Shown piece after piece: positions 27,077 to 36,788 of a stretch of 64,000 nucleotides of DNA (positions within the stretch are counted from its first letter, which is position 1; every line of letters begins with the position of its first letter). The notes beneath the pieces were generated by a model that worked only from the letters and a program-made list of their open reading frames with translations, made no database searches and was not told the DNA's origin. The translations under genes and the position numbers were made by a program. Source of the DNA: a virus; the IMG/VR virus record IMGVR_UViG_3300042293_000555, positions 1 through 64,000 of that record, one strand, 5' to 3'.

Positions 27077-28130
27077 TGCTACACTTGCAATCTTAGACAA
27101 TTCCTTTACTGGAATTATTTGTATAGCACCAAGAGTAGGTAAAAGTAAGATTATATGTGATGCAATCAAACCTATGAAAACTAAAAAGTTTCTTATTACA
27201 GCACCATATAATACAATTTTAGAATCTTGGAAAAAAGAATTTGAAAAATGGAGAATGAATCCAAAAAATATTACACTTATTAATCAGAGAAGTTTAAGTA
27301 AAGAAGACTTATCTAAGTATGATGTAATAATATGTGATGAAGTACATACTCTTAGTGATGCACAAATGTTATTGTTAAAAGATTTTAAAGGAAGACTATT
27401 AGGTGCTTCAGGTTCTATTTCAAAAGAAACTGAAAAAACTTTAAAGTTAGAATTAGGTCTTCAGAAAATATTTGAATTTACTATAGAACAAGCTATAGAG
27501 ATGGGCATTGTTGCTGATTATGAAATTATCTTAGTACCTGTTACATTAGATGCTACTAACAAGTATATTGAAGCAGGCTCTAAAGATGCAAAGTTTCTTA
27601 CTACAGAATATGCTAATTATCAGTATCATACAGCACAATTTGAGAAGTTTAAGAAAATGGCTTGGAACAATAAGAAATTTGAATTTGTAAAAATGGCAGA
27701 AGCTTCAAGAAGAGCTGAACTTATTTACAAGTCAAGAACTAAAATTGAAAGAGTTAAAAAACTTATCAAAGACCAAGAGAGATGTCTTATATTTACTGCA
27801 AGAACAGAAGTTGCTGATGAGTTTGCTACAGGTTATCACTCTAAAGTAAATCCCAACATTCTTACTCAGTTTATGGATGGAGAACTCAATAAACTTGCTG
27901 TATGTGAGATGACTAATATGGGTGTAACTTTTCCTAATCTTAAGACAGGTATATTTCATCAGATGAGAAGTGGAGAAGAATCTGCTATTCAAAAGGTAAT
28001 GAGAATGTGTAATGTTGAAGAAGATGAAAAAGCTACTATTTATATAGTGTATTATGCAAATACTGTAGATGAAGAATGGACTAAGAAAGCTCTTATTGGT
28101 TTAAATCCTGATAAAATTAAGATAATCTAA
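27033..28130 (+). CDS. Superfamily 2 (DExH) helicase
   Basis: APRVGKS Walker A, ICDEVH, ASGS, GVTFPNL, QKVMR. Confidence 0.85.
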   Translation: MESLTAGKRKKLQSDATLAILDNSFTGIICIAPRVGKSKIICDAIKPMKTKKFLITAPYNTILESWKKEFEKWRMNPKNITLINQRSLSKEDLSKYDVIICDEVHTLSDAQMLLLKDFKGRLLGASGSISKETEKTLKLELGLQKIFEFTIEQAIEMGIVADYEIILVPVTLDATNKYIEAGSKDAKFLTTEYANYQYHTAQFEKFKKMAWNNKKFEFVKMAEASRRAELIYKSRTKIERVKKLIKDQERCLIFTARTEVADEFATGYHSKVNPNILTQFMDGELNKLAVCEMTNMGVTFPNLKTGIFHQMRSGEESAIQKVMRMCNVEEDEKATIYIVYYANTVDEEWTKKALIGLNPDKIKII

Positions 28131-28181
28131 CTTAATGACAGATGAAAATCGTTGTATTAGGGCATAATTAAGTTAGTAAAT

Positions 28182-28299
28182 TTCGGTGTAATTCAAATGG
28201 TTAAGAATAGGTGGTGCGGGAAATGTATTGATACCCAATCTATCAGACACAACTAATACAAGTAAAGTGTAAATACAGGTTCGAGTCCTGTCACCGAAA
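28182..28299 (+). ncRNA. tRNA-like RNA with expanded anticodon and variable arms
   Basis: Acceptor TTCGGTG/CACCGAA+A; D arm ATTC/GAAT with GG; T arm ACAGG-TTCGAGT-CCTGT; GGTGG..GGG-13nt-CCC..CTATC; ACAC-16nt-GTGT. Confidence 0.7.
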
Positions 28300-28301
28300 C
28301 T

Positions 28302-28472
28302 ATAAACAACTAATGATTAACACTAATAAATACACGAGTGCTTTTAGTCAGTTGTATCTCACAGTTCTCAAATGTTAGTGATTAGGTTAATGTATCTGTC
28401 GGCAGACATGGAGTGTATGGGTTTGGGCATACATAGATACCCTATTGAGAAGGCATTAGTTGTTTATTTTTT
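28302..28472 (+). ncRNA. Unclassified structured RNA directly after the tRNA-like element
   Basis: Perfect 14-bp closing stem ATAAACAACTAATG/CATTAGTTGTTTAT; inner CACTAA/TTAGTG, GTATCTGT/ATAGATAC, TGTATG/CATACA, TTCTCAA/TTGAGAA. Confidence 0.55.
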
Positions 28473-28494
28473 AACATTTTAAAACAATAATATT

Positions 28495-28719
28495 ATGGAA
28501 AAGATACCAACAGCAGAAGAATTTATAAAAGAAGCTCAGTCTAATCCAAGTAAAGGATGGACTGCACGTAAACTAATGATTGAATTTGCTAAACTTCATG
28601 TAGAAGCTGCATTAAAAGCTGCTGCTGAGAATGTACAAACAAATTATTTCTATACTGAAGATGATCCTATAGATAAAGACTCAATCCTCAATTCTTATCC
28701 ACCAAATTTAATCAAGTAA
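28495..28719 (+). CDS. Conserved small phage hypothetical protein
   Basis: IPTAEEF..MIEFAKLHVEAALKAA..IDKDSILNSYP. Confidence 0.65.
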   Translation: MEKIPTAEEFIKEAQSNPSKGWTARKLMIEFAKLHVEAALKAAAENVQTNYFYTEDDPIDKDSILNSYPPNLIK

Positions 28720-28720
28720 T

Positions 28721-28954
28721 ATGAAATACTTATTTATCCTAATATTATTAGTATTTACAAGCTGTGTAGATCAACAAGAGAGATTTAATAATCTCAAGAA
28801 AATGTATCCTAATTGTAAAGTAGAACCTTCTACAGGATTACTACAACAAGGTGGATATGACTTTTTAGTTATTGATAGTAATGAGCAAATGATTGCTGTC
28901 AAATTTCGTGAGCTTAGTACTACAAAGATTTCTTCACTTAGAAATGTAAGATAA
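28721..28954 (+). CDS. Putative lipoprotein
   Basis: MKYLFILILLVFTSC lipobox-like signal. Confidence 0.6.
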   Translation: MKYLFILILLVFTSCVDQQERFNNLKKMYPNCKVEPSTGLLQQGGYDFLVIDSNEQMIAVKFRELSTTKISSLRNVR

Positions 28955-29080
28955 TATGATGAAGGATATAAACGTGGTCAAATAGATTGTCAAAATGATT
29001 CATTACTTTGGAAAAAGATTATGAATAATGATGGTGAGATTATATTTCAAAAGATTAAATAACCCTTAAATACTGTAAAG

Positions 29081-29620
29081 ATGACAATTAACCAAGAGTT
29101 AGTTAAGTTTCTGCATAACTCAAATGTAGAGTGTGATTTAGCATTATTATACTTACTGTCCTTATATCATGGACTTACTACTGATGACCTTATACCTGAA
29201 GCTACTGTTAGAGCAGTAAATACTATAGGGATTGTTGAGAGAGATTACAAAACTAATACTCTCAATTGGCATATAGCATTATATGATGGACAAAGTACAG
29301 ATGGTGTATGGGAATGGGTAAATGAGTTTAGAAAACTCTTTGCTTCTAAGAACAAAGAAAGAGAAGGTAACAAGAAAGCTTGTGTTCAGAGAATGAAAAT
29401 GTTCTTTACTCAAAATCCTGACATTAGAAAACAGGATGTATTGGAAGCAACAATGATGTATCTTAGGTCAACAGATCCTAAATATGTCAAGATGGCAGAG
29501 AGATTTATCTTTGATGGACAAGGTAATTATAAAACTTCTCTACTTACTGATTGGGTAGATAGATTAAGAGAAATCAGAATGAAACAAATTGTTGACCCAA
29601 CTACTAAAATTATGAAGTAA
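29081..29620 (+). CDS. Replication-module protein (possible helicase loader/initiator)
   Basis: Translationally coupled (TAATG) to the DnaB-like helicase. Confidence 0.55.
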   Translation: MTINQELVKFLHNSNVECDLALLYLLSLYHGLTTDDLIPEATVRAVNTIGIVERDYKTNTLNWHIALYDGQSTDGVWEWVNEFRKLFASKNKEREGNKKACVQRMKMFFTQNPDIRKQDVLEATMMYLRSTDPKYVKMAERFIFDGQGNYKTSLLTDWVDRLREIRMKQIVDPTTKIMK

Positions 29621-30714
29621 TGAATTTTATTGAAGCTCTTAAATTAGGACAAGAAGGACAGAATAAAGGATTACCTACAGGATTAGCACCATTAGATAGA
29701 GCTTGTGATGGAATACAAAAGAAAGCTATTTATGGTGTAGCAGCAGGTCCAAAGGTTGGTAAAAGTACTTTAGTAGATTTTGCTTTTGTAATACACCCAA
29801 TATTACATTGTTTGGAACATAACATACCACTAACTGTAATTTATTTTTCTTATGAAATTGATAGAGTGAAAAAGGAATTTGACTTTGCTTCTTTTTTCTT
29901 TTTTAAAGATTATGGTATCTCTGAAATTACACATAATGGAGAAACTTATCTTTTATCAAGCAGATACTTACTTGGTAAGTTACAAGATAGAGAAGGAGAA
30001 GTCATTCCATTAACTGAAGAACATAAAACTATACTTGAAGATATTTATACCAATAGGATTATTCCATTATTTGGAGAATATAATTCTAAAGGTATAAAGT
30101 TAAAAGAAGGTGTAATTCAGTTTATGGAAGACAGAGATAATCCTACAGGTATGAGAAATACTATTCTTGAATATGCAAGAAAGAATGGTGAGTTTACTTT
30201 TCAAGAGTATGAAGCTACTGAAGATGGTAAAAAGGTAAAGAAAAATAGACTTTTAGGTTATGTCCATAAGGATAAACAAAAGAGAACTATTATCATTACT
30301 GACCACATCAGAAAACTTAAGAGAGAAAGAGGTTATTCAATGAAAGAGAATATGGATAAATGGATAGAATACAGTGTAGAACTGAGAAATTTCTGTCATT
30401 ATACATTTGTCCACATTGTTCACTTGAATAGATCTATCTCTAACATAGAAAGACTTAAGTTTAATGGAGAATATATCTATCCTACAGGTGAGGATGTTAA
30501 GGACTCAGGTAACTTGAGTGAAGAGTGTGATTATCTTTTTACACTTTTTAATCCTACTGATGAAAAATATGGGTTAACCACACACTTTGGACATCAGTTG
30601 CATGAGTATCCAAATTACAGGTCTATTCACTTAGTAGAATCACGAGATACAGAATGTCCACAACATCTTGCAGTACAGATGTATGGTAATATCAAACATT
30701 TTAAAACTTTATAA
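29620..30714 (+). CDS. Replicative DnaB-like (SF4) helicase
   Basis: LPTGL..LD, AGPKVGKST, YFSYEI, IITDHI, HLNR, DVKDSGNLSEECD. Confidence 0.85.
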   Translation: MNFIEALKLGQEGQNKGLPTGLAPLDRACDGIQKKAIYGVAAGPKVGKSTLVDFAFVIHPILHCLEHNIPLTVIYFSYEIDRVKKEFDFASFFFFKDYGISEITHNGETYLLSSRYLLGKLQDREGEVIPLTEEHKTILEDIYTNRIIPLFGEYNSKGIKLKEGVIQFMEDRDNPTGMRNTILEYARKNGEFTFQEYEATEDGKKVKKNRLLGYVHKDKQKRTIIITDHIRKLKRERGYSMKENMDKWIEYSVELRNFCHYTFVHIVHLNRSISNIERLKFNGEYIYPTGEDVKDSGNLSEECDYLFTLFNPTDEKYGLTTHFGHQLHEYPNYRSIHLVESRDTECPQHLAVQMYGNIKHFKTL

Positions 30715-30728
30715 ACAATTAGAAAGCA

Positions 30729-31436
30729 ATGGCAAAAATTATGATTATTTCAGAAAGCGGCTTTGGTAAATCTACCTCTATTTGTCCAAGTGAAGAACTT
30801 GGTATTAAGGGTTTAGATCACACCACCACTTTTATTGTAAATGTTAATAACAAAGACTTACCTGCAAGAGGTTGGAAAAAGTTATATAAACACATTCAAG
30901 GTAAAGATCTTAGTACCGGTAATTATGTAGAAACTAATGTAGGTTTAGACATAGCAGGTCTTATTGGTATTTTGAATGAGAAAAAACCTGAAATCACTAC
31001 TCTTGTTATTGATGATTTTCAATACATTATGTCAGATTACTACATGGAGAAAGCTAAAACAAGTGGCTTTGATAAATTTCAGGATATAGGTTACTTTATA
31101 GGTAAAATATTCTCTGCCATTCAAAAGTTTAAAGGTCATGTTATCATTCTTACACACCCTGAAGAAGTACAAGGCACTTATGGTACTACCTATAAAGCTA
31201 AAACAGCAGGTAAGATGGTAGATCAGTACATTACTATGGAAGGTAAGTTTGATATAGTACTCTATGGTGCTCAGGAGTTTGACAACAAAACTAAGAAAGC
31301 ATTAAAACAATTTGTTACTAATTTTGATGGTAGATATCCTGCTAAAAGTCCTGTAGGAATGTTTCCACTTACAATACCAAATGATTTAGGACTTGTTATT
31401 GACCTTGTAAACAAATACTACGATGGAGAAGAATAA
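30729..31436 (+). CDS. AAA_24/Sak4-like P-loop ATPase
   Basis: SESGFGKST, VIDDFQY, KTAGKMVD, AKSP. Confidence 0.8.
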   Translation: MAKIMIISESGFGKSTSICPSEELGIKGLDHTTTFIVNVNNKDLPARGWKKLYKHIQGKDLSTGNYVETNVGLDIAGLIGILNEKKPEITTLVIDDFQYIMSDYYMEKAKTSGFDKFQDIGYFIGKIFSAIQKFKGHVIILTHPEEVQGTYGTTYKAKTAGKMVDQYITMEGKFDIVLYGAQEFDNKTKKALKQFVTNFDGRYPAKSPVGMFPLTIPNDLGLVIDLVNKYYDGEE

Positions 31437-31567
31437 TATTTTTAAAACTATAAGAAAAGGTGTTAAAGTTTACACCTGTTCCCCAGTTACTGATGGAACA
31501 ATTAAAACTTCTAAAAGATAATTTGTATTTTTATAACCCAATTTTTAAATTTTAAACATTTCAAACC

Positions 31568-31861
31568 ATGTCACAAATCAAAGTTTCCGAGATTTTAAAT
31601 GATCTTACCAATGGTCTTACAAGAGAAGACATCAAAAAGAAGTACAACATGTCAACTGCTCAATTGAAAGCAGTATTTGCTCATCCTAAGTTGAAAGGTA
31701 GAAAGACTAAGAAAGCTGAAGAGCCTATTAATCTTATTGATGACCTTGATACTGCTGAAATTGCAACACCTACAGTTGCAGTAACTGTAACTACAATTGA
31801 AGAACCAGTTGAAGAAGTAGAAAGTATTACACCTGCAACTCTTGATGATCAGTTTGTATAA
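31568..31861 (+). CDS. Small HTH-like protein
   Basis: GLTREDIKKKYNMSTAQLKAVF; acidic tail. Confidence 0.6.
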   Translation: MSQIKVSEILNDLTNGLTREDIKKKYNMSTAQLKAVFAHPKLKGRKTKKAEEPINLIDDLDTAEIATPTVAVTVTTIEEPVEEVESITPATLDDQFV

Positions 31862-31873
31862 GGTAAAGTTAAT

Positions 31874-31898
31874 GGAGAGGAAGTAATTCCTCTCCTTT
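31874..31898 (+). terminator. Intrinsic terminator
   Basis: GGAGAGGAA-GTAA-TTCCTCTCC. Confidence 0.7.
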
Positions 31899-31932
31899 GT
31901 TATTCATTCATTCACTAAATTATATATTAAAA

Positions 31933-32712
31933 ATGAGTTACGGGTATAACAATGATGAAAAAGCATCTTCAAGTTTGAATTTTGGTCTAAATCAAAAAGC
32001 AGTAATGACCAAATTTGAATTTAACCCCAATGGTGGTAAAGAAGGTGCAGCACAGGAATGTCTTGATATTATCTTTGAGTTTCCTAATGGAACTACAAAG
32101 AATTACAGACAATTTCCAATTACAAAAGCTAAATCTAAAGATGGTAATGACATCACAGACCCAAGAGCTAAGGAAATGATTGCAGCATTCAATGAGTTTA
32201 ACTCAAAGATTACTCAGATTATGAAATGTTTTGTAACAGAAGAAGAAGTTAAACAAGGTTTAAGTACTGTATCTAATTTCAAATCTTTTTGTCAAGCATT
32301 GACTAATCTTCTTCCTTCTAATTGGAAAGAAATGTCTATTGATATTTTCTGTCAATATCAGTGGCAACCAAAAGGAGATTATGATGCTAAATTTGTAGAA
32401 ATAGCATCTAATGTCAAACAGGGTAAAGTATTTACAGCAGGTGTTGAAGGTTATTTTGATGCTGTTACTATAGATACTGAAACTAAAATTGCTACTTACA
32501 AAGGACAAGAATATCCTATTGTAGTAGAATTTAAGAAAGCTTCATTTACTATCAATGAAAGAGCTTATTCAGTTGCTGAACAAACAGGTTTAATTTATAT
32601 CGAAGATGAAAGTGGAGATCTCCATCCAATTTCAAGAACTGCATGGTTCATGAAAAGTAATTGGGCAAAGGCAGTAAATGGTGATACACCTATTCAATCA
32701 TCTTGGGAATAA
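31933..32712 (+). CDS. Putative ssDNA-binding protein
   Basis: Likely start MSYGYN; lies between the AAA ATPase and primase; aromatic C-terminal end. Confidence 0.45.
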   Translation: MSYGYNNDEKASSSLNFGLNQKAVMTKFEFNPNGGKEGAAQECLDIIFEFPNGTTKNYRQFPITKAKSKDGNDITDPRAKEMIAAFNEFNSKITQIMKCFVTEEEVKQGLSTVSNFKSFCQALTNLLPSNWKEMSIDIFCQYQWQPKGDYDAKFVEIASNVKQGKVFTAGVEGYFDAVTIDTETKIATYKGQEYPIVVEFKKASFTINERAYSVAEQTGLIYIEDESGDLHPISRTAWFMKSNWAKAVNGDTPIQSSWE

Positions 32713-32721
32713 ATTAAAACT

Positions 32722-33693
32722 ATGTACGGCTATCATACAGATATAACTAATACTAACATTGATGAGTTCTTTAATAGAATAAATCAAGAAGAAGTCTTCA
32801 AACACTTGTTTGGAGATTTTGAAATTGGTACTTATATTACATCTCCTTTTAGAGATGATGGTAGTCCTGGATGTTGGATACAATGGAGTGGTAAAAAACT
32901 ATATTTTACTGATTTTGCTTCAAATTGTGGCAGAGTTAATTTAGATGCTTTAGGTATAATTCAAAAGAAATATAATCTATCTGTTCGGAAAGCGATGGAC
33001 TTTATATTATCTTTTGACTTTACTAAAGAACCTGAATATCCTAAGTTTTCTCCCACTTCTATTGTATCTTCATCTAATAATTCTATTTTAGAATTTTGTC
33101 CAAAACCATTTGATGAGTATCATAAACTGTATTGGTCACAGTATGAGATAACTTCTACTCAACTTATCTTAGATAACATATTTGCTACTAAATGGTATAA
33201 GGTAAACAATCACACATTTAACCCTTATCCTGTAGAAACTACTTACACTATTAGTTATTCTACCAGCATAAAAATATGTAGACCAAAGGCTACATCTCAC
33301 AAATGGACAACAAATGCTACCAAAGATGTAATAGGTGGCACAAGATCTCTTCCATTCTTAGGTAAAAATCTTATAATTACCAAGTCGTACAAAGATTGGA
33401 GAGTACTTACAAATTTAGGATTTCATACAATGTATTTTCAAAATGAAGGTATGTTTCCTACAATGGAAAATCTTTACATTTACTTAGAAGCATTTGACAA
33501 TGTATACATCTTATTTGATAATGATGCAGCAGGTGTTAATGCTTCTTCTAAATTAAAAACTTACATAAATGATTCATTTACAGGTAAAGTAGAATCACTA
33601 CTATTACCTACAAAATCTAAAGACCCTGCTGATGCAATAAAAGCAGGTGAAAAACAAAAATTAATTTCATTTCTAAATCCGTTATTACAATGA
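32722..33693 (+). CDS. DNA primase (DnaG/TOPRIM, crAss-type)
   Basis: SPFRDDGSPGC, ITKSYKD, FDNDAAG, KDPAD. Confidence 0.85.
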   Translation: MYGYHTDITNTNIDEFFNRINQEEVFKHLFGDFEIGTYITSPFRDDGSPGCWIQWSGKKLYFTDFASNCGRVNLDALGIIQKKYNLSVRKAMDFILSFDFTKEPEYPKFSPTSIVSSSNNSILEFCPKPFDEYHKLYWSQYEITSTQLILDNIFATKWYKVNNHTFNPYPVETTYTISYSTSIKICRPKATSHKWTTNATKDVIGGTRSLPFLGKNLIITKSYKDWRVLTNLGFHTMYFQNEGMFPTMENLYIYLEAFDNVYILFDNDAAGVNASSKLKTYINDSFTGKVESLLLPTKSKDPADAIKAGEKQKLISFLNPLLQ

Positions 33694-34397
33694 GAAAAGT
33701 TAAAGTTTATTCAACAGTATCAGGTTTAAGACAATTTGATTCATCAGCAACTATTTGGGGAGAACTCAAATACGAGTTACAAAATGAAGGTTATTCATTT
33801 TCTAATATGACAGTTACTGAAAACAAAAGAAACAGTACCTTAATGTTAGATGAAGCAGAATTACCTGAAGAAGATTTTGTACTAATGCTTACACCACAGA
33901 AAACTAAAAGTGGTGCAATGAGTTATGGTGAAATCAGAGCACAGATTAAAGAAGCTTTTATGTCTTATGGAACAGCTGCTGCTACACACTTTAATGAAGG
34001 AAAGAACTATACCAATAAATCTAAAGATGAGTTAGAATTTCTTTTAAATTCTTGGTTAAAGAAAATACCTACAAGTAAACAAGTTGTACTACCTAAAGCA
34101 GAAGTATCTCCTGCACCTATTAAGGTAGATACCAGTTATACAGAAGACTTAGAAGATGATGAAGATGACTACGAAGATAATGAAGAAGATGAAGATTCTG
34201 ATGAAGTAGCAGAAGTTATTGAAGCTATTTCTAACCTTAACTGGAATGGAAGATATGATGACTTTAACCTTGCTATTGCTCTAATTAGAGGTGAGAAATC
34301 TGCTAAGAATCTAACTTCATATAATGTAGCATCTGTAAAAATTACTACATCTGAAGAAGATGCTTGGATTGCTAAGATGAGAAATAAAGGGTTATAA
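33690..34397 (+). CDS. Ubiquitin-like (beta-grasp) domain fused to a helical/acidic C-terminal region
   Basis: Residues 1-75: KVKVYST..TIWGELKYEL..LMLDEAELPEEDFVLMLTPQKTKSG, a beta-grasp pattern ending in Gly75; first gene before E2/JAB/E1. Confidence 0.65.
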   Translation: MRKVKVYSTVSGLRQFDSSATIWGELKYELQNEGYSFSNMTVTENKRNSTLMLDEAELPEEDFVLMLTPQKTKSGAMSYGEIRAQIKEAFMSYGTAAATHFNEGKNYTNKSKDELEFLLNSWLKKIPTSKQVVLPKAEVSPAPIKVDTSYTEDLEDDEDDYEDNEEDEDSDEVAEVIEAISNLNWNGRYDDFNLAIALIRGEKSAKNLTSYNVASVKITTSEEDAWIAKMRNKGL

Positions 34398-34417
34398 ATT
34401 GTTGCTTGCTCATTTTT

Positions 34418-34454
34418 AGAAGACTGTTATGTAATGTAGCAGTCTTCTTTTTTT
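34418..34454 (+). terminator. Intrinsic terminator/attenuator between Ubl and E2 genes
   Basis: AGAAGACTGTTAT/GTAGCAGTCTTCT plus U-tract. Confidence 0.7.
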
Positions 34455-34474
34455 ATTTAACTAATTCTAAAATT

Positions 34475-35734
34475 ATGATAAACGTAGGACATCTAATTCT
34501 TAGAGCATTTAAACAAAGAACTTTAGATAACATTTCAAAATTTTATAAACCTGTAGAAAATATTATAACTGAAAGATTTAGAAAAGTAAATTTAACACCT
34601 ATTTTTCCTTTCTATAATCAAGTAAAACAAGGTTTAGATGCTTGGGGTGGTGAATATGAGTTGACTTTAAATTATGAAATAAAGTCAATAGCTATAAATG
34701 ATGTAAATACTTTTCTTCATTATTGTCACAATAAGAAAAAGCATCATTTCAGTTATCCTTTGTATGACATTGTAAATTCAATTAACCTTAATGGTACTTT
34801 TACTAATAGTTTTATATTCTATAATCCAATACTACAAATTACATTACATTATCCTGAAGTAAAAATTGAAAATGAGAATAAGGAATTTCTAAATTTAAGA
34901 AATTTCTTTGTCAGATTTAATATTAGTCTTGATGGTAATGTTAGTGAGTTAACAGGTAATAAAACTACCTATACAACTGCTGAATATGATAAAAGATATA
35001 TTCATTCTCATTTACATACTCTTAGTACAAATTATAAATTAAAATTTGATAATTTTTGTTTGGGTACAGGACAACCTATATCTTTTGCTAAGATAATGCT
35101 TGAAGAAGTAATTAAATCTAAACAAGGTATTAATGATGCTATAAACTATTATTGTCAAAATATAAATGTAGTAGTTAATACTGAAAGTCTTGCTGGAACA
35201 CCTTATATCAGATTAAGTGGAGTATCAAATAATTATGTAGATTTTAATTCAAGTGATGTAAGTGTTTTATGTAGTTCTGTGTTTGATTATCTTAGTAAAA
35301 TGGATTTAAGTAAAATTAAATCTGATCTTTTTAAAATTGGTGCAGTAAGAGTAGTTAATAAAGATGTCAAACTTACTGATAAAGCAGATGTAGTATTGTT
35401 TATAGATCCTGTTTTATATGATTTTGATAAAGTAAAGTCTATACTTAATATTTCAAAATTTATATCTGTTAAATACAATGGTGTAGATGTTAAACTGTAC
35501 GAAGTTTCATCTGCAACATCTATTGTTGAACCTATTTTTATAAGGTTTAATGGTAAAAAGTTTTATTTTACAATAGATAATCCAGCTATTTATTCACCTG
35601 AAAAGTTACAAATAACTTTTTCACAACCATTTAAAAAATATGTTAGACAATTTATCAAAACTCTCTACTTATCAGCAGCAATTGTTGAACGAGAAACCAT
35701 TAAAGAAAGTACAATTGCCTTTCCTGAACCTTAA
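34475..35734 (+). CDS. Prokaryotic E2 (UBC-like) domain protein
   Basis: Likely start MINVGHL; HYPEV..YIHSHL..DNFCLGTG (HPN-like motif followed by CLG; Cys codon 35057-35059); gene context. Confidence 0.6.
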   Translation: MINVGHLILRAFKQRTLDNISKFYKPVENIITERFRKVNLTPIFPFYNQVKQGLDAWGGEYELTLNYEIKSIAINDVNTFLHYCHNKKKHHFSYPLYDIVNSINLNGTFTNSFIFYNPILQITLHYPEVKIENENKEFLNLRNFFVRFNISLDGNVSELTGNKTTYTTAEYDKRYIHSHLHTLSTNYKLKFDNFCLGTGQPISFAKIMLEEVIKSKQGINDAINYYCQNINVVVNTESLAGTPYIRLSGVSNNYVDFNSSDVSVLCSSVFDYLSKMDLSKIKSDLFKIGAVRVVNKDVKLTDKADVVLFIDPVLYDFDKVKSILNISKFISVKYNGVDVKLYEVSSATSIVEPIFIRFNGKKFYFTIDNPAIYSPEKLQITFSQPFKKYVRQFIKTLYLSAAIVERETIKESTIAFPEP

Positions 35735-36788
35735 TGGACAACCAAAAGTTATTTTATCTAATCTTTTATGGGAAAAAATGCAGTTTTTGTGTAACCATAT
35801 TAGTACTGTAGAGTGGAGTGGATGTATATTTTATGAAATTCATGGTGCATTAGATAAACCTGAAGAGTTACAAATCTTTGTACATGATATGATTCCTTTA
35901 GATAAAGGTACAACAGGATTTACAGAGTATAATTTTGATGGAAGAGTTATTGCATATATGACTGAAATGGAATATTTTGAATACAGGATAGGACATTTAC
36001 ATTCTCATCACAGTATGAAAACATTTTTCTCAGGCACTGATTTGGAAGAAGTAAATGAAAACTCTGAACACATTAAACCTTATCTCAGTATTATCATCAA
36101 TAATGCTTATGATTTTTCTTGTAAGTTAGCATTCAGGTTAAAAGTACTTAATCCTACTATCTATGAATATCAGGAGATTGATAATGTACCTAAACAACTT
36201 GTGATACAACAATCTGATGAGTATGTTGCTAATTATGATTGTTTAGTAATCACACCAAAGAAAGAATTTAGTGTAAATCCTTCTTTCTTAGCTCAGTTTA
36301 ATGAGATAATGAAACCAAAACCATCTAAATTTCCTACTTATATAGCTAATACTAAACCTATTGGGTTTAAAAGTGATCAACTTGAATTTGAATTTGATGA
36401 TTTCTTTGGTTCACTTGATTCTCCAACATCAGATAGGAAAGGTATTGATGAAGTGTCTGATAGTGGAATTACATTAGCAGAGTTTGAGAAATTCTATTGT
36501 TATTTACTTAGGTTAGGGTTAGATGTACCAGGAGATACTATGGAAAAAGTATTGGAAGATTTAGATGAATCAGCAAGAGCTGAAGATTTTAATTTAGAAC
36601 AGTTTGCATATAATCTAAAGAAAGATTTTCCTAAGAATTTTAAGAAGTTTTGGAATGTAAAAATATTAACTAAAAGAGAAGAAGCAAGTGAGTGGGAAGA
36701 ATTTACTGATGAACTTATGTTTGCATCAGATGAATTTCCAATCTTAGATTCTCTTTTGGAACTCTTAATGTCACCAAATCATGAGTAG
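35640..36788 (+). CDS. JAB/JAMM (MPN+) metallo-isopeptidase
   Basis: VEWSG Glu plus GHLHSHHSMKTFFSGTD = HxH-x7-S-x2-D JAMM motif. Confidence 0.85.
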   Translation: MLDNLSKLSTYQQQLLNEKPLKKVQLPFLNLNGQPKVILSNLLWEKMQFLCNHISTVEWSGCIFYEIHGALDKPEELQIFVHDMIPLDKGTTGFTEYNFDGRVIAYMTEMEYFEYRIGHLHSHHSMKTFFSGTDLEEVNENSEHIKPYLSIIINNAYDFSCKLAFRLKVLNPTIYEYQEIDNVPKQLVIQQSDEYVANYDCLVITPKKEFSVNPSFLAQFNEIMKPKPSKFPTYIANTKPIGFKSDQLEFEFDDFFGSLDSPTSDRKGIDEVSDSGITLAEFEKFYCYLLRLGLDVPGDTMEKVLEDLDESARAEDFNLEQFAYNLKKDFPKNFKKFWNVKILTKREEASEWEEFTDELMFASDEFPILDSLLELLMSPNHE

